64,000 bases of DNA from Oligoflexales bacterium (lineage in GTDB: Bacteria > Bdellovibrionota_B > Oligoflexia > Oligoflexales > Bog-1112), in the NCBI GenBank assembly GCA_045106415.1, contig JBGCEP010000010.1, positions 32,001-96,000 on the forward strand, read 5' to 3'. The notes beneath the pieces were generated by a model, which did not search any database, was not told the DNA's origin, and worked only from the letters and a program-made list of their open reading frames with translations. Made by a program: the position numbers and the translations under genes. Each line of letters starts with the position of its first letter. The stretch's first letter is position 1. Shown one piece after another: positions 9,515 through 18,855 of this stretch.

Positions 9515-10510
9515 ATGAAGATACTTCTATATATGTCACAATCAGGGGCTGCTGAAATAGGAGCTATTCTACAAACCGGTGGGTATGAAACAGAGTGGGC
9601 TGATCAAAATCAAAGTTTTGAGGAGTTTCTTGCTAATGGAGCTTTAAGAAGCACTGCTCTCGTGATTATGGACTTTGTTTCTCAGTCAGGGGTGATTACA
9701 GCTGCTGAAGTTCTGAGGAGATCCCGAGAATCGATGGATGTTCCTGTCATGGTTGTGTCATCGAGCTCTGCTCCTGAAGTCTTGCAAACAGCGTTTGCTG
9801 CTGGAGCTTGTGATTTTATTGGAAAACCCGTTGTTGATTATGAGCTCTTGTCGAGGGTGCGTTTGGCTCTTCGGATGAAGCATGAAATTGACTCTAGGAT
9901 AGCTAGAGAAAGACAGCTTGAAGAACTTAATAAGCAGCTTGGTGATTTAAATGCTGTTCTGAATAGGCTTTCCTTAATCGACGGTCTGGTTGGGACACCG
10001 AACAGAAGGTGTTTTGATCAGTCTCTAGACCAAGAATGGAGAGCTTGTCAGCGTAGAGGGGTGCCTCTTACATTACTTATGATCGATATCGACCATTTTA
10101 AATCATATAATGATACTCATGGCCACCAAGCTGGAGATGAGTGTCTCAAAAAAGTTGCGAAAATTATAGGAACAACTTTAAGGAGGCCGACCGATCTTCT
10201 GGCTCGATACGGAGGTGAAGAATTTGCTGCTATTCTTCCTGAAACATCCGCTGAAGGGGCGAAGTATATTGCTGAGCAAATTTGCCAAGCGGTTGCCCAA
10301 GCAAAACTCATGCACGGTGGGCAAGAAGGTGTTGGTGTTGTGACAATCAGTGTGGGGGCAGCAACTTGTGCTGAAATGACAGATTTTGTTTTGCAAGATC
10401 TTATGAAAGCAGCTGACGATTGTTTGTACCAAGCAAAAGACAGAGGCCGAAATCAAGTTGTTGCATTAGAGCTTTGTCCTAAAGGTAAAAAACTAGAAAC
10501 ATCAGCATAA
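9515..10510 (+). CDS. Response regulator diguanylate cyclase (REC-GGDEF)
   Basis: REC (IMD...GACDFIGKP), coiled coil, DIDHFK.YND.HGH..GD, I-site RPTD, active site GGEEF, AKDRGRN. Confidence 0.93.
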   Translation: MKILLYMSQSGAAEIGAILQTGGYETEWADQNQSFEEFLANGALRSTALVIMDFVSQSGVITAAEVLRRSRESMDVPVMVVSSSSAPEVLQTAFAAGACDFIGKPVVDYELLSRVRLALRMKHEIDSRIARERQLEELNKQLGDLNAVLNRLSLIDGLVGTPNRRCFDQSLDQEWRACQRRGVPLTLLMIDIDHFKSYNDTHGHQAGDECLKKVAKIIGTTLRRPTDLLARYGGEEFAAILPETSAEGAKYIAEQICQAVAQAKLMHGGQEGVGVVTISVGAATCAEMTDFVLQDLMKAADDCLYQAKDRGRNQVVALELCPKGKKLETSA

Positions 10511-10538
10511 AAAAAATCAGCCTCTTTGCAGAGGCTGA
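10509..10538 (-). terminator. Intrinsic terminator between the convergent DGC and RRM genes
   Basis: Stem TCAGCCTCT-ttgc-AGAGGCTGA (10517-10538) with an adjacent A-run, which is a U-tail on the minus strand. Confidence 0.8.
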
Positions 10539-10573
10539 AATACGAGTTTCAAGAATATTAAAACTCTAACGGA

Positions 10574-10894
10574 TTACCAGCGGTTTCCGTGGCTATGGTT
10601 GTCACCGAAACGGTTGTTACCATTGCCGCCACGAGGGCTGTTGCGAGGCTTATCTTTAGCTTCGTTGACTTTGATAGTACGACCATCAAGATCACTTCCA
10701 TCCATTTCTTCGATGGATTTCTGAGCATCTTCAGCGTCGTTGAATGTAACGAAACCGAATCCGCGAGAGCGACCTGTCTCACGATCAGAAATGACGCGTA
10801 CGTCTTGAATGTCACCGAATTGACTGAATGCTTGACGAAGACCTTCTTCATCAGTATTCCAACTTAAACTTCCAACAAAGACTTTGTTTCCCAT
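10574..10894 (-). CDS. RRM-domain RNA-binding protein with a Gly/Arg/Asn-rich tail
   Basis: RNP2 VFVGSL and RNP1 RGFGFVTF. Confidence 0.95.
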   Translation of the reverse strand: MGNKVFVGSLSWNTDEEGLRQAFSQFGDIQDVRVISDRETGRSRGFGFVTFNDAEDAQKSIEEMDGSDLDGRTIKVNEAKDKPRNSPRGGNGNNRFGDNHSHGNRW

Positions 10895-11063
10895 GAACCT
10901 TCTCTAACTCTAACAACCAAGCCCTTCAATGAGAGCTTGCTGAACAGACATGGATAAATCGTAATGATTCACCCGACACCACAACAAGGTATCATCCTTT
11001 TCCTGTAAGATCACTAATATTTTTTTAAATATGCCCCACCTATCTTCTTTCACCATTTAATTG

Positions 11064-11099
11064 AAGAGTTAGCTTTAATAAAGTATAAAGCTAACTCTT
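11064..11099. repeat. Perfect 14-bp inverted repeat in a divergent intergenic region
   Basis: AAGAGTTAGCTTTA-8 nt-TAAAGCTAACTCTT. Confidence 0.8.
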
Positions 11100-11258
11100 T
11101 GATTGTTGTCTGAGCTTATCTGATGTGATCAAAATCGTCATTTCTATGTACTCATTTTGTTTTTTATCAGCTTATGATTGATGATCTTGGCTTCTTCATT
11201 TAAAAAGACAACTCTCTACGTGGTGAAAGCGTATATAGAAAATACGAGAGGAAAATGT

Positions 11259-11942
11259 ATGAAGATGTTGCTTGCAAGTGTGATGTGTGTTGTTTCTGTG
11301 TTTTTAGTAGCAGGAGCAGTAAAACCAGAGTGGATGTTTTTTCCTCTTTTATATAGCAGTGGTTTTTTGAGTGTGTTGAGTATTCTTTTACTTGGCTGTT
11401 TATTGACGGCGAAAAGCACATCTCACGTCGCGGACTTTGAAGATGAAAATAGCCGTTTAAAAGATGAGAATGATGCGTTTAGTAAAGCTTTATCAGCTGT
11501 AGAAAAAGAGCTTAACGTGTTGAGGAAGGATGCACAAAAAGGCGCTAAAGAGGCAAGGGATTCTAAGGAGTTTATTTATAGCTTTTTAGGTCTTTTACAA
11601 AAAGAGGGTCGTTTTTTAGATTTTGTTATGGATGACGTGGCTCAATATAGCGACGAAGAGATTGGAGCAGCAGCACGACTTGTTCATCAGGGTTGTCATC
11701 GGTTGATGGATCAATACTTTCAGATTCAAGCAGTTGAAGAGCAAGCAGAGGGCTCTCGAATTTCGTTAACAGATAATTATGATGCAAATCATTATAAAGT
11801 TGTGGGATCGGCGACGCTCCCTTGTCAAGGAGTGCTGACTCATGCAGGTTGGAAAGTTATGGAATGTTCTTTGCCTCAGCCTGTGGGAAAACACCATTTT
11901 ATTATGGCGCAGGCTGAAGTTGAAGTTGGAGGTGTGATGTGA
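11259..11942 (+). CDS. DUF2760 domain-containing membrane-anchored protein
   Basis: Two TM segments, coiled coil, LGLLQKEGRFLDF...YSDEEIGAAARLVHQGC, G.L.H.GW, AQAEVEV. RBS GAGG before ATG 11259. Confidence 0.8.
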   Translation: MKMLLASVMCVVSVFLVAGAVKPEWMFFPLLYSSGFLSVLSILLLGCLLTAKSTSHVADFEDENSRLKDENDAFSKALSAVEKELNVLRKDAQKGAKEARDSKEFIYSFLGLLQKEGRFLDFVMDDVAQYSDEEIGAAARLVHQGCHRLMDQYFQIQAVEEQAEGSRISLTDNYDANHYKVVGSATLPCQGVLTHAGWKVMECSLPQPVGKHHFIMAQAEVEVGGVM

Positions 11943-13705
11943 GTGTTTTAGGGATTGATTTAGGGACTTCAAATTCAGCTATGGCACTATGCCCAGAAGC
12001 AAAAGATGCAAAAGCATATCTTTTAAATATTCCTCAGGTCTCTGTACAGCAGCAAATTGGTGTTGAAGAGAAACTTCTTCCTTCTGTATTGTACGCCTGT
12101 GATGAAAGTGAAAAAGCACTATTAAAACTCAAGGGCAATGATACTTATGTTGCTGGTGTTTTTGCTCGAGAAAAAGCTTATGAACGTCCGGATAGAGCTA
12201 TTTTATCAGCGAAGTCTTGGTTGTCAGCGTCTTATGCAGATCGATTGCAGCCTATTTTACCAATGGGCTCTGAGTGTGTAGAAAAACTGTCACCGGTGGA
12301 TGCTTCTATCAGTATTTTGAAGCAATTGGAGTCTGCTTGGGTTGAAAGTGCTCAGGATATCAAAAGAACAGTAGTGACTGTTCCTGCGTCTTTTGATGAA
12401 ACAGCGCGTCAGTTAACGATGAAAGCTATCCAGGCGACAAGTTTTCCAAAAGTGAGTTTGTTAGAAGAGCCACAAGCAGCATTTTATGCATGGCTCGCAC
12501 AAAATGAAAATTGGCGTGATCAAGTTCAACCTGGAGATGTTATTTTAGTTTGCGATATCGGGGGTGGTACAACCGATATGACTCTGGTTCTTGTTCAAGA
12601 AAAAAATGGGGAAGTTGAGCTAGAAAGAATTGCTGTGGGTCAACATTTATTGCTGGGTGGCGATAATATGGATTTGGCTTTAGCGATGAAGCTTGCACAA
12701 GATTTAGGGGCTCTTGATCATTGGCAAATTCAGTCTCTAGTTCAAAGTTGTCGTATTGCAAAAGAAAAACTTTGGAATGATGACTCTTTATCTGAAATAA
12801 AAGTGAGTGTCGCAGCACGAAGTGCGAAGTTGTTTGCTAAGACATTGTCAACAACGTTAACGCGCGATACTTTGAATGAGTTTATTTTAGAAGGCTTTTT
12901 TCCGAAGATTGGAGTGGAATCACAGCCTATGAAGTCTCGTCAGAGTGGCTTGCGAGATATGGGGTTGAGATATGTACAAGATCCTGCGATTACAAAACAT
13001 ATTGCTGAGTTCTTAGTTTCATCACTTCGTAGTCTTAAAGATACTGAGTATAGCGAGCTGTTACAAAAACATATGAATCAAGGTTTTGTGAGTCCGAACG
13101 CTATACTTTTTAATGGTGGTGTTTTTAAGGCAGAAACATTACGCCAAAGGGTCGTGCAAGTTGTGAGTTCATGGGGAAACTATGCAGTCACACCTTTGAT
13201 GACAGAGTCATTGGATTCAGCTGTGGCTTATGGTGCTGCTGTTTATGGACAGTTGTGTGAGTCTGGTGAAGGAATAAGAGTCAGAGCAGGAACCTCTCAT
13301 AGTTACTACTTAGGAGTAGAAGCTCCTGGTATGGCCATCCCGGGTATGACGCCTCGCATTAATGGTGTTTGTGTGGTTCCGCAAGGTACTGAAGAAGGTT
13401 CAAGTGTGATGCTTGATCAGAAAACTTTTGGTTTGGTTGTCGGGGAACCTGTTGAATTTCAGTTTTTTCAATCATCTCAGCGAGCTTCAGACCATTTGGG
13501 TGCTGTTGTGGGACAGGCTGAGCAAGTTTTGGATAAGGCAGGCTGTTTAACAATGACGATTCCTTTAGATGAGAGCCATGGCCGAGAAGTGATCCCTGTT
13601 CTTTTAAAATCATATGTGAGTGAACTAGGTGTGTTAGAACTTTCTTTAAAACACACGTTATCTGAGCGTAGCTGGAAATTAGAGTTTGACGTAAGAGCAG
13701 AATAG
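11939..13705 (+). CDS. Hsp70 family protein (non-canonical, DnaK-like)
   Basis: GIDLGTSNS, TVPASFD, LLEEPQAA, CDIGGGTTD, LGGDNMD, FNGG. Confidence 0.92.
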   Translation: MSVLGIDLGTSNSAMALCPEAKDAKAYLLNIPQVSVQQQIGVEEKLLPSVLYACDESEKALLKLKGNDTYVAGVFAREKAYERPDRAILSAKSWLSASYADRLQPILPMGSECVEKLSPVDASISILKQLESAWVESAQDIKRTVVTVPASFDETARQLTMKAIQATSFPKVSLLEEPQAAFYAWLAQNENWRDQVQPGDVILVCDIGGGTTDMTLVLVQEKNGEVELERIAVGQHLLLGGDNMDLALAMKLAQDLGALDHWQIQSLVQSCRIAKEKLWNDDSLSEIKVSVAARSAKLFAKTLSTTLTRDTLNEFILEGFFPKIGVESQPMKSRQSGLRDMGLRYVQDPAITKHIAEFLVSSLRSLKDTEYSELLQKHMNQGFVSPNAILFNGGVFKAETLRQRVVQVVSSWGNYAVTPLMTESLDSAVAYGAAVYGQLCESGEGIRVRAGTSHSYYLGVEAPGMAIPGMTPRINGVCVVPQGTEEGSSVMLDQKTFGLVVGEPVEFQFFQSSQRASDHLGAVVGQAEQVLDKAGCLTMTIPLDESHGREVIPVLLKSYVSELGVLELSLKHTLSERSWKLEFDVRAE

Positions 13706-13716
13706 TCGTTTTTAGT

Positions 13717-16437
13717 ATGAAAGGTGTGGTGATGGCCCGTTATTTAGTTGGGATTGACCTAGGTACGACCAATAGCGCGTTATCGTGGGTAGATACTTTA
13801 GATCGTTTAAAAAAGATAAATAACCTAGAAATTGAGCAATTTGAAGACCACAAGCTTCGTGTTTTTTCGAAAGTTGTGCCTTCTTTTTTATATATTCCAA
13901 CTAAAAAACAAAAAAAGGATGCAAGCTCCGAAGGGTGGCTGAATTTAGAGTCTGATTCTAAAAGTCCCTGGGTTGGTGTTTATGCGAAGCAGAGGCAGTA
14001 TACTGATTCTGACCGAGTTGTCGCTTCGGCGAAATCGTGGTTGTGCCATAACGGTGTCGATAGAAATCATAAAATTTTACCATGGGGCTCGTCGACGGTT
14101 GTTTCTGCTGAAAAAGTATCGCCAGTTGAAGCTTTAACTGCATATATTATTGTTTTAAAAGAAGCTTGGAATTCACAAAAAGCACATATAGATCCAGATT
14201 TTAGACTTGAACTTCAAGACGTCACTTTAACTGTCCCAGCTTCTTTTGACGAAGTTGCAAGCCGATTAACGCTCCAAGCGGCAAGTTTAGCTGGGCTTGA
14301 AAAGGTAAGGCTCATTGAAGAGCCGCAAGCAGCTTTTTATGAGTGGATGTATAGAGATGGTGTTGATGAGGCTCCCCATAAGCTTACTCATTTTTTAAAT
14401 GAGCGTGACCAAGCGATATTATTGATTTGTGATATTGGCGGAGGAACGAGTGATTTGAGTCTTTTGCGTCTTCATAAAGGTGGTGATGTTGAGAGAATTG
14501 CTGTTAGTGAACACATTCTCTTAGGAGGAGATAATATTGATCAATCCTTGGCTCATCACTATGAAAAAGAGTTTGTTGACGCAGGATTTAATTTACAAGG
14601 ACAGGTTTGGGCTTCTTTTATAGCACAATGCCGTCGTTTGAAAGAGCAAGCCTTATCAGGAAACGATCACGAGTTAAAACTTTCTTTGTCGAATCAAAAA
14701 TCAAAACTTTTTGGTAATACTAAAACGATCTCTATTGATAGAGAGGAGCTTTGTGAATTTGTGCTCGAAGGTTTTTTTCCGGAGTGCAATAAAGATTTTC
14801 GTTTTGAAAAATCGTATCGTGCAGGTTTGCAAGAATGGGGACTTCCATATGCTGCTGATCCAGGAATTTCAAGGCATATTGCGCATTTCCTTGATGGAAG
14901 ATCTATTGACGGTGTGCTTTATACTGGTGGAACACTAAAGCCTGATTTATTGCAAAAACACCTTACGAAACAGATGGAATCTTGGCAAGAGTCTAAAATT
15001 CTTGAGTTTGATGTTGCAGATATGGATTTAGCTGTGTCTCGAGGTGCTGCTTGGCATGGTGCAAGCGCCATGGGGCTCTGTGGACAGATTCGGTCTGGTT
15101 ATGCAAGAACCTTGTATGTCGAAGTTCAGCGTAAAGATGCCTCAAAAGCAGCGTTATGCTTGGTGCCTAGAGGAGCAAAAACAGGTAGTGAGTTCTCTGT
15201 TGAAATACCTGGGTTACAAGTGCGCTTAGGAGAGCCAATACGGTTTCGTTTGCTGTCGAGTTTAGAGCCTATTCATCAGCTTGGGGATCTTTTAGATGTG
15301 ACGTATGATATGTCTCCTCTCGCTCCTTTGGAAACACTCTTAAAACATCCGTCTGGTAAGAAAGGCTTGGTGCCTGCATATTTAAAAGTGCACGTGATGG
15401 ATACAGGTCTTTTAAAGGTGGCGTGTGTGCATGAAGAGATATCATGGGATTTGGAGTTTGTGACAAGAGCTCATTTTGAGTGGCAAGAGCATCAAAACAC
15501 AGCAGAACTGAAAGATCTCCAGCCTCAACATCTTAATCAAGCGATAGCGCGAATCGATGAGTGTTTTGGAAAAGCGAAAAAAGATACGTTTTTGCTCAAC
15601 CCACAGCGATTGATTCGAGAGATGGAAAGTCTTTTTGAAAAACCAAGATCTCAATGGAATGCTTATGTTTTACGAAAACTTTGGGAGCCTTTAGCTCGAG
15701 GTATGACTCGAAGGTTTCGCTCTGAAAAACATGAGCATGCTTGGCTTCAGCTGGTAGGATTTACCTTAAGGCCAGGCTTTGGCGTTGAGTTTGATGAGTT
15801 TAGAATTGCTCAAGCTATGACGGTGTTAAGTGCTGGAGTTCAAAACAAAACCCCGCAAGTTCTTGATCAATGGTGGATTTTTTGGCGACGACTTGCCGGA
15901 GGTTTGACTCGTGACCAGCAGAATAAAATTTTTGATAAATCCTACCCTCTCTTTCTTAAAAAATCTGAAACATCGGAGTTGATCCGGTGTTTAGGTGCTT
16001 TTGAAAGAATGGATATTGATCGTAAAAAGAAACTTGGATCAAAGTTGGTACAAGATTTACAAAAAGAGTCTTATCGTTATGCTGAAGCAGCGTTATGGTC
16101 GTTAGCAAGACTTGGGAGTAGAAGCCTGCTTTACGCAAGTCAGGAAAATGTTGTTCCCCCTGCTGTTGTTGTTGCATGGTGGCCTGAGCTGCAATTGAGT
16201 GGTGTGGGTGATAGGTGCCCACAGGAGTTCTTGTTTTTTCTTTCTTGTATTGTGAGAAAAGTTGAGAGTCGTTATTTTGACCTTCCGCTTGTCGAACAAA
16301 AGAATATTCTTAATTATATGAAGTTAAAGAATGCCCACCCTGACCAAATGAGCCGAGCCATGGGGCTTTTGCAACATTCGAAAGCGGAACAGTTTGTACA
16401 GTTTGGAGAGGAGCTTCCATCAGGTCTTTTTCTATAG
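13717..16437 (+). CDS. Hsp70 family protein with a C-terminal DUF3731-like helical extension
   Basis: GIDLGTTNS, TVPASFD, IEEPQAA, CDIGGGTSD. C-terminal HEHAW.Q..GF.LRPGFG...D, WW..WRRLAGGL, W.LARLGSR, FGEELPSGL.L. Confidence 0.88.
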   Translation: MKGVVMARYLVGIDLGTTNSALSWVDTLDRLKKINNLEIEQFEDHKLRVFSKVVPSFLYIPTKKQKKDASSEGWLNLESDSKSPWVGVYAKQRQYTDSDRVVASAKSWLCHNGVDRNHKILPWGSSTVVSAEKVSPVEALTAYIIVLKEAWNSQKAHIDPDFRLELQDVTLTVPASFDEVASRLTLQAASLAGLEKVRLIEEPQAAFYEWMYRDGVDEAPHKLTHFLNERDQAILLICDIGGGTSDLSLLRLHKGGDVERIAVSEHILLGGDNIDQSLAHHYEKEFVDAGFNLQGQVWASFIAQCRRLKEQALSGNDHELKLSLSNQKSKLFGNTKTISIDREELCEFVLEGFFPECNKDFRFEKSYRAGLQEWGLPYAADPGISRHIAHFLDGRSIDGVLYTGGTLKPDLLQKHLTKQMESWQESKILEFDVADMDLAVSRGAAWHGASAMGLCGQIRSGYARTLYVEVQRKDASKAALCLVPRGAKTGSEFSVEIPGLQVRLGEPIRFRLLSSLEPIHQLGDLLDVTYDMSPLAPLETLLKHPSGKKGLVPAYLKVHVMDTGLLKVACVHEEISWDLEFVTRAHFEWQEHQNTAELKDLQPQHLNQAIARIDECFGKAKKDTFLLNPQRLIREMESLFEKPRSQWNAYVLRKLWEPLARGMTRRFRSEKHEHAWLQLVGFTLRPGFGVEFDEFRIAQAMTVLSAGVQNKTPQVLDQWWIFWRRLAGGLTRDQQNKIFDKSYPLFLKKSETSELIRCLGAFERMDIDRKKKLGSKLVQDLQKESYRYAEAALWSLARLGSRSLLYASQENVVPPAVVVAWWPELQLSGVGDRCPQEFLFFLSCIVRKVESRYFDLPLVEQKNILNYMKLKNAHPDQMSRAMGLLQHSKAEQFVQFGEELPSGLFL

Positions 16438-16746
16438 CTCTTCGTCGTGTGGTTTAGAGTGTGTTGTGATATGAGGTTGTTCATGAATTTTGACAATCAC
16501 AGCATGTGAAAATGTTTCTTCCAGGTGTTCGACTTGGAGACAGAAGTGGAGTTTTTCGCAGTTGGAAGTTTTGGAAAGTAGGCTTTGGATTGTCTTCCAG
16601 TCTGGTTTTGACAAAGCAAGACACCCAGTACCATCGACGTTTCCGGTGTAATATCCCGAAAAAGTCAGGGTACTGTAAGTGTCAGATATGAGGATGCGAG
16701 CAAGACTCTTTGAAGTTTGAGGAGAGCCTTGTGTCAAGGGGTTCAT
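16432..16746 (-). CDS. Hypothetical protein, possibly a degenerate PilZ-like barrel
   Basis: 4-bp overlap with the glpX stop. TGNVDGTGC resembles the PilZ D/NxSxxG motif. Confidence 0.45.
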   Translation of the reverse strand: MNPLTQGSPQTSKSLARILISDTYSTLTFSGYYTGNVDGTGCLALSKPDWKTIQSLLSKTSNCEKLHFCLQVEHLEETFSHAVIVKIHEQPHITTHSKPHDEEL

Positions 16747-17711
16747 AGTGTCGATGTGTATCCTGGTTTACGAGTAAGGTCATGCTGAGCCTCAATGAAA
16801 CGAATCGTTCCACTCTCAGAGCGCATCACCATGGAGTGAGTTGTAGCCATACGACTACCTGAAAATTTAACCCCACGTAGCATAGAACCGTCAGTGACAC
16901 CTGTTGCACAGAACATCACTTTCCCTTTTGCTAGCTCGTCGATGCTATAAACCTTATCAAGATCGGTGATACCCATTTTATGAGCCCGAGCTTTTTCTTG
17001 GTCGTTACGAAAGCAGAGGCGGCCAAAAAAGTTACCACCGATACATCGCATGGCAGCTGCAGCGATCACTCCCTCTGGAGCTCCCCCTGTGCCCATCATG
17101 ACATCAATACCTGTGTTGGGCATTGCAACAGAGATGGCGGCTTGGACATCACCGTCTGGTATCATCCAAACTCGCGCCCCGGCTTGTCTGACTTCTCCTA
17201 AAAGGTCGTGGTGTCGAGGTCTGTCCAAAATGACAACTGTTAAATCAGATATTTTGCAAGATTTTGCTTCAGCGATACGCTTTAGGTTTTCTGTTGGAGT
17301 GGCGTCAAACGAAACAGCATGGGCAGCTTCAGGTCCGACAGCAAGCTTTTCCATATAGGTATCGGGGGCGTGTAAAAAGTGACCTTCTTCAGCGATTGCA
17401 ATCACAGATAAAGCATTAGGACCACCTTTTGCACAGATGCTTGTGCCCTCAAGTGGGTCGAGGGCAAGGTCAAGGGGGTGCCCTTCGCCGGTTCCTACTT
17501 TTTCACCGATATATAACATGGGTGCTTCATCTCTTTCACCTTCCCCTATTTTTACTGTTCCAGCAAAAGGGATACGATCAAAAGCTTTACGCATAGCTTC
17601 AACAGCTTCATGGTCAGCTGCTTTTTCGTTCCCACGTCCCATCAACCGAGCGCTTGCAAGAGCGGCTGCTTCGCTGACGCGGACAAACTCTAAGGCGAAA
17701 TTGCGATCCAT
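16743..17711 (-). CDS. glpX: Class II fructose-1,6-bisphosphatase
   Basis: IGEGERDEAPMLYIGE, DPLEGT, APDTYMEK, DGDV, GGAPEGV, ATGVTDG. Confidence 0.96.
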   Translation of the reverse strand: MDRNFALEFVRVSEAAALASARLMGRGNEKAADHEAVEAMRKAFDRIPFAGTVKIGEGERDEAPMLYIGEKVGTGEGHPLDLALDPLEGTSICAKGGPNALSVIAIAEEGHFLHAPDTYMEKLAVGPEAAHAVSFDATPTENLKRIAEAKSCKISDLTVVILDRPRHHDLLGEVRQAGARVWMIPDGDVQAAISVAMPNTGIDVMMGTGGAPEGVIAAAAMRCIGGNFFGRLCFRNDQEKARAHKMGITDLDKVYSIDELAKGKVMFCATGVTDGSMLRGVKFSGSRMATTHSMVMRSESGTIRFIEAQHDLTRKPGYTSTL

Positions 17712-18078
17712 GACTTCTCCTGTGTCTAATGTTCGCGGAGATACGATTATAGTGCATGCGATGTCATGAAACCTAGGGGTTTTTTTATAGACGTTGGAGA
17801 AATCATAACAAAGCTTGCCTGAATCGGTATTTTCCCTCAGAAAATTGTTAAAATCTGATCTTCATAACGGCGTTATGTTCTGAGCATAAATAGACATATT
17901 CTTGTTTTACATTTTTTGAGATCAATGAAATCTTAGTCATAGAGTGTGAATGCGCTCTTAAAAAATCATTTAAAGTCAAAGACTTAATTTTTTTTGCTCT
18001 TTGTTTTGTTGTGCCTATATTCAAGCTGCCAGATTTCAAAAAATATACTGCTAATATGGAGTATAGATTTTTAAGTGA

Positions 18079-18855
18079 GTGAGGTGTGAGTTGAGGTTTT
18101 TTGTTATTTTTTTACAGTGTTTTTTTTCGTTCACGCTACATGGTCAGAGTCATTGGGCTTTAGCGGTGTTAGGGGACTCAGTGAGTGTGGCTTCTCACGC
18201 TGAGCACTGGGATGATTCTCCTGAATACAGTTGGGCAACAGGTGATGAAATCTCTTCTATAAAGGTTAAAATTCAAGAAGCAGGAGCTAGAGTCATAGGC
18301 CTTAATGTGGCTGAGTCAGGAGCTGTGATGGGGGATTTAGCGCAGCAGGTTGAAAGTCTGATTGATATTGGAGAAGGTGTTGATCAAGCCATGATATTGA
18401 TGGGGCATAATGATGTGTGTCATTGGGGGTTTGATGTTCAGCAGGAAAACTATGAAGAACTTGCAGGGACACTAAAGTCAAGTTTGCAGCGTTTATCTGA
18501 AGTTTACCCCGATGTGGAGATTTATATTCTTGAGTTTTTGAATATAGCGCGCGTGAGAGAAATCGGATTGGACCGTTATTTTTGTCAGATGAAATGGGAT
18601 TTTGCTGATTTTTGCCCAATTTTCATGAGCTCAAGCAGCACAGATGAAGAACGCCAATTGTTTTTGAAATCTTGGTCACTTGCGCAAAATTATTTAAAAT
18701 CAGTCGCAGAAGAATTTTCTAATGTCCGTTGGGTTGATGGACTCTCGAAGATACCGTTGGAAGATCAGCATGTGTCATCGTTAGACTGTATTCATCCATC
18801 AAGGCAAGGTCAGCAACTCTTAGCTGATCAAGTTTGGTTGCGATTAAATGAATGA
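18079..18855 (+). CDS. SGNH/GDSL hydrolase, secreted
   Basis: LGDSVS, NVAESGA, MGHNDVC, DCIHPS. Signal peptide. Confidence 0.88.
   Translation: MRCELRFFVIFLQCFFSFTLHGQSHWALAVLGDSVSVASHAEHWDDSPEYSWATGDEISSIKVKIQEAGARVIGLNVAESGAVMGDLAQQVESLIDIGEGVDQAMILMGHNDVCHWGFDVQQENYEELAGTLKSSLQRLSEVYPDVEIYILEFLNIARVREIGLDRYFCQMKWDFADFCPIFMSSSSTDEERQLFLKSWSLAQNYLKSVAEEFSNVRWVDGLSKIPLEDQHVSSLDCIHPSRQGQQLLADQVWLRLNE

Noticed and set aside
16330..16350. HPD tripeptide near the C-terminus of the long Hsp70 as a built-in J-domain
   Set aside because: The surrounding sequence lacks the rest of the J-domain pattern. Probably chance unless conserved in homologues.
17848..18039. 63-aa ORF between glpX and the SGNH hydrolase
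   Set aside because: TTG start, low-complexity AT-rich sequence, likely divergent promoter DNA.
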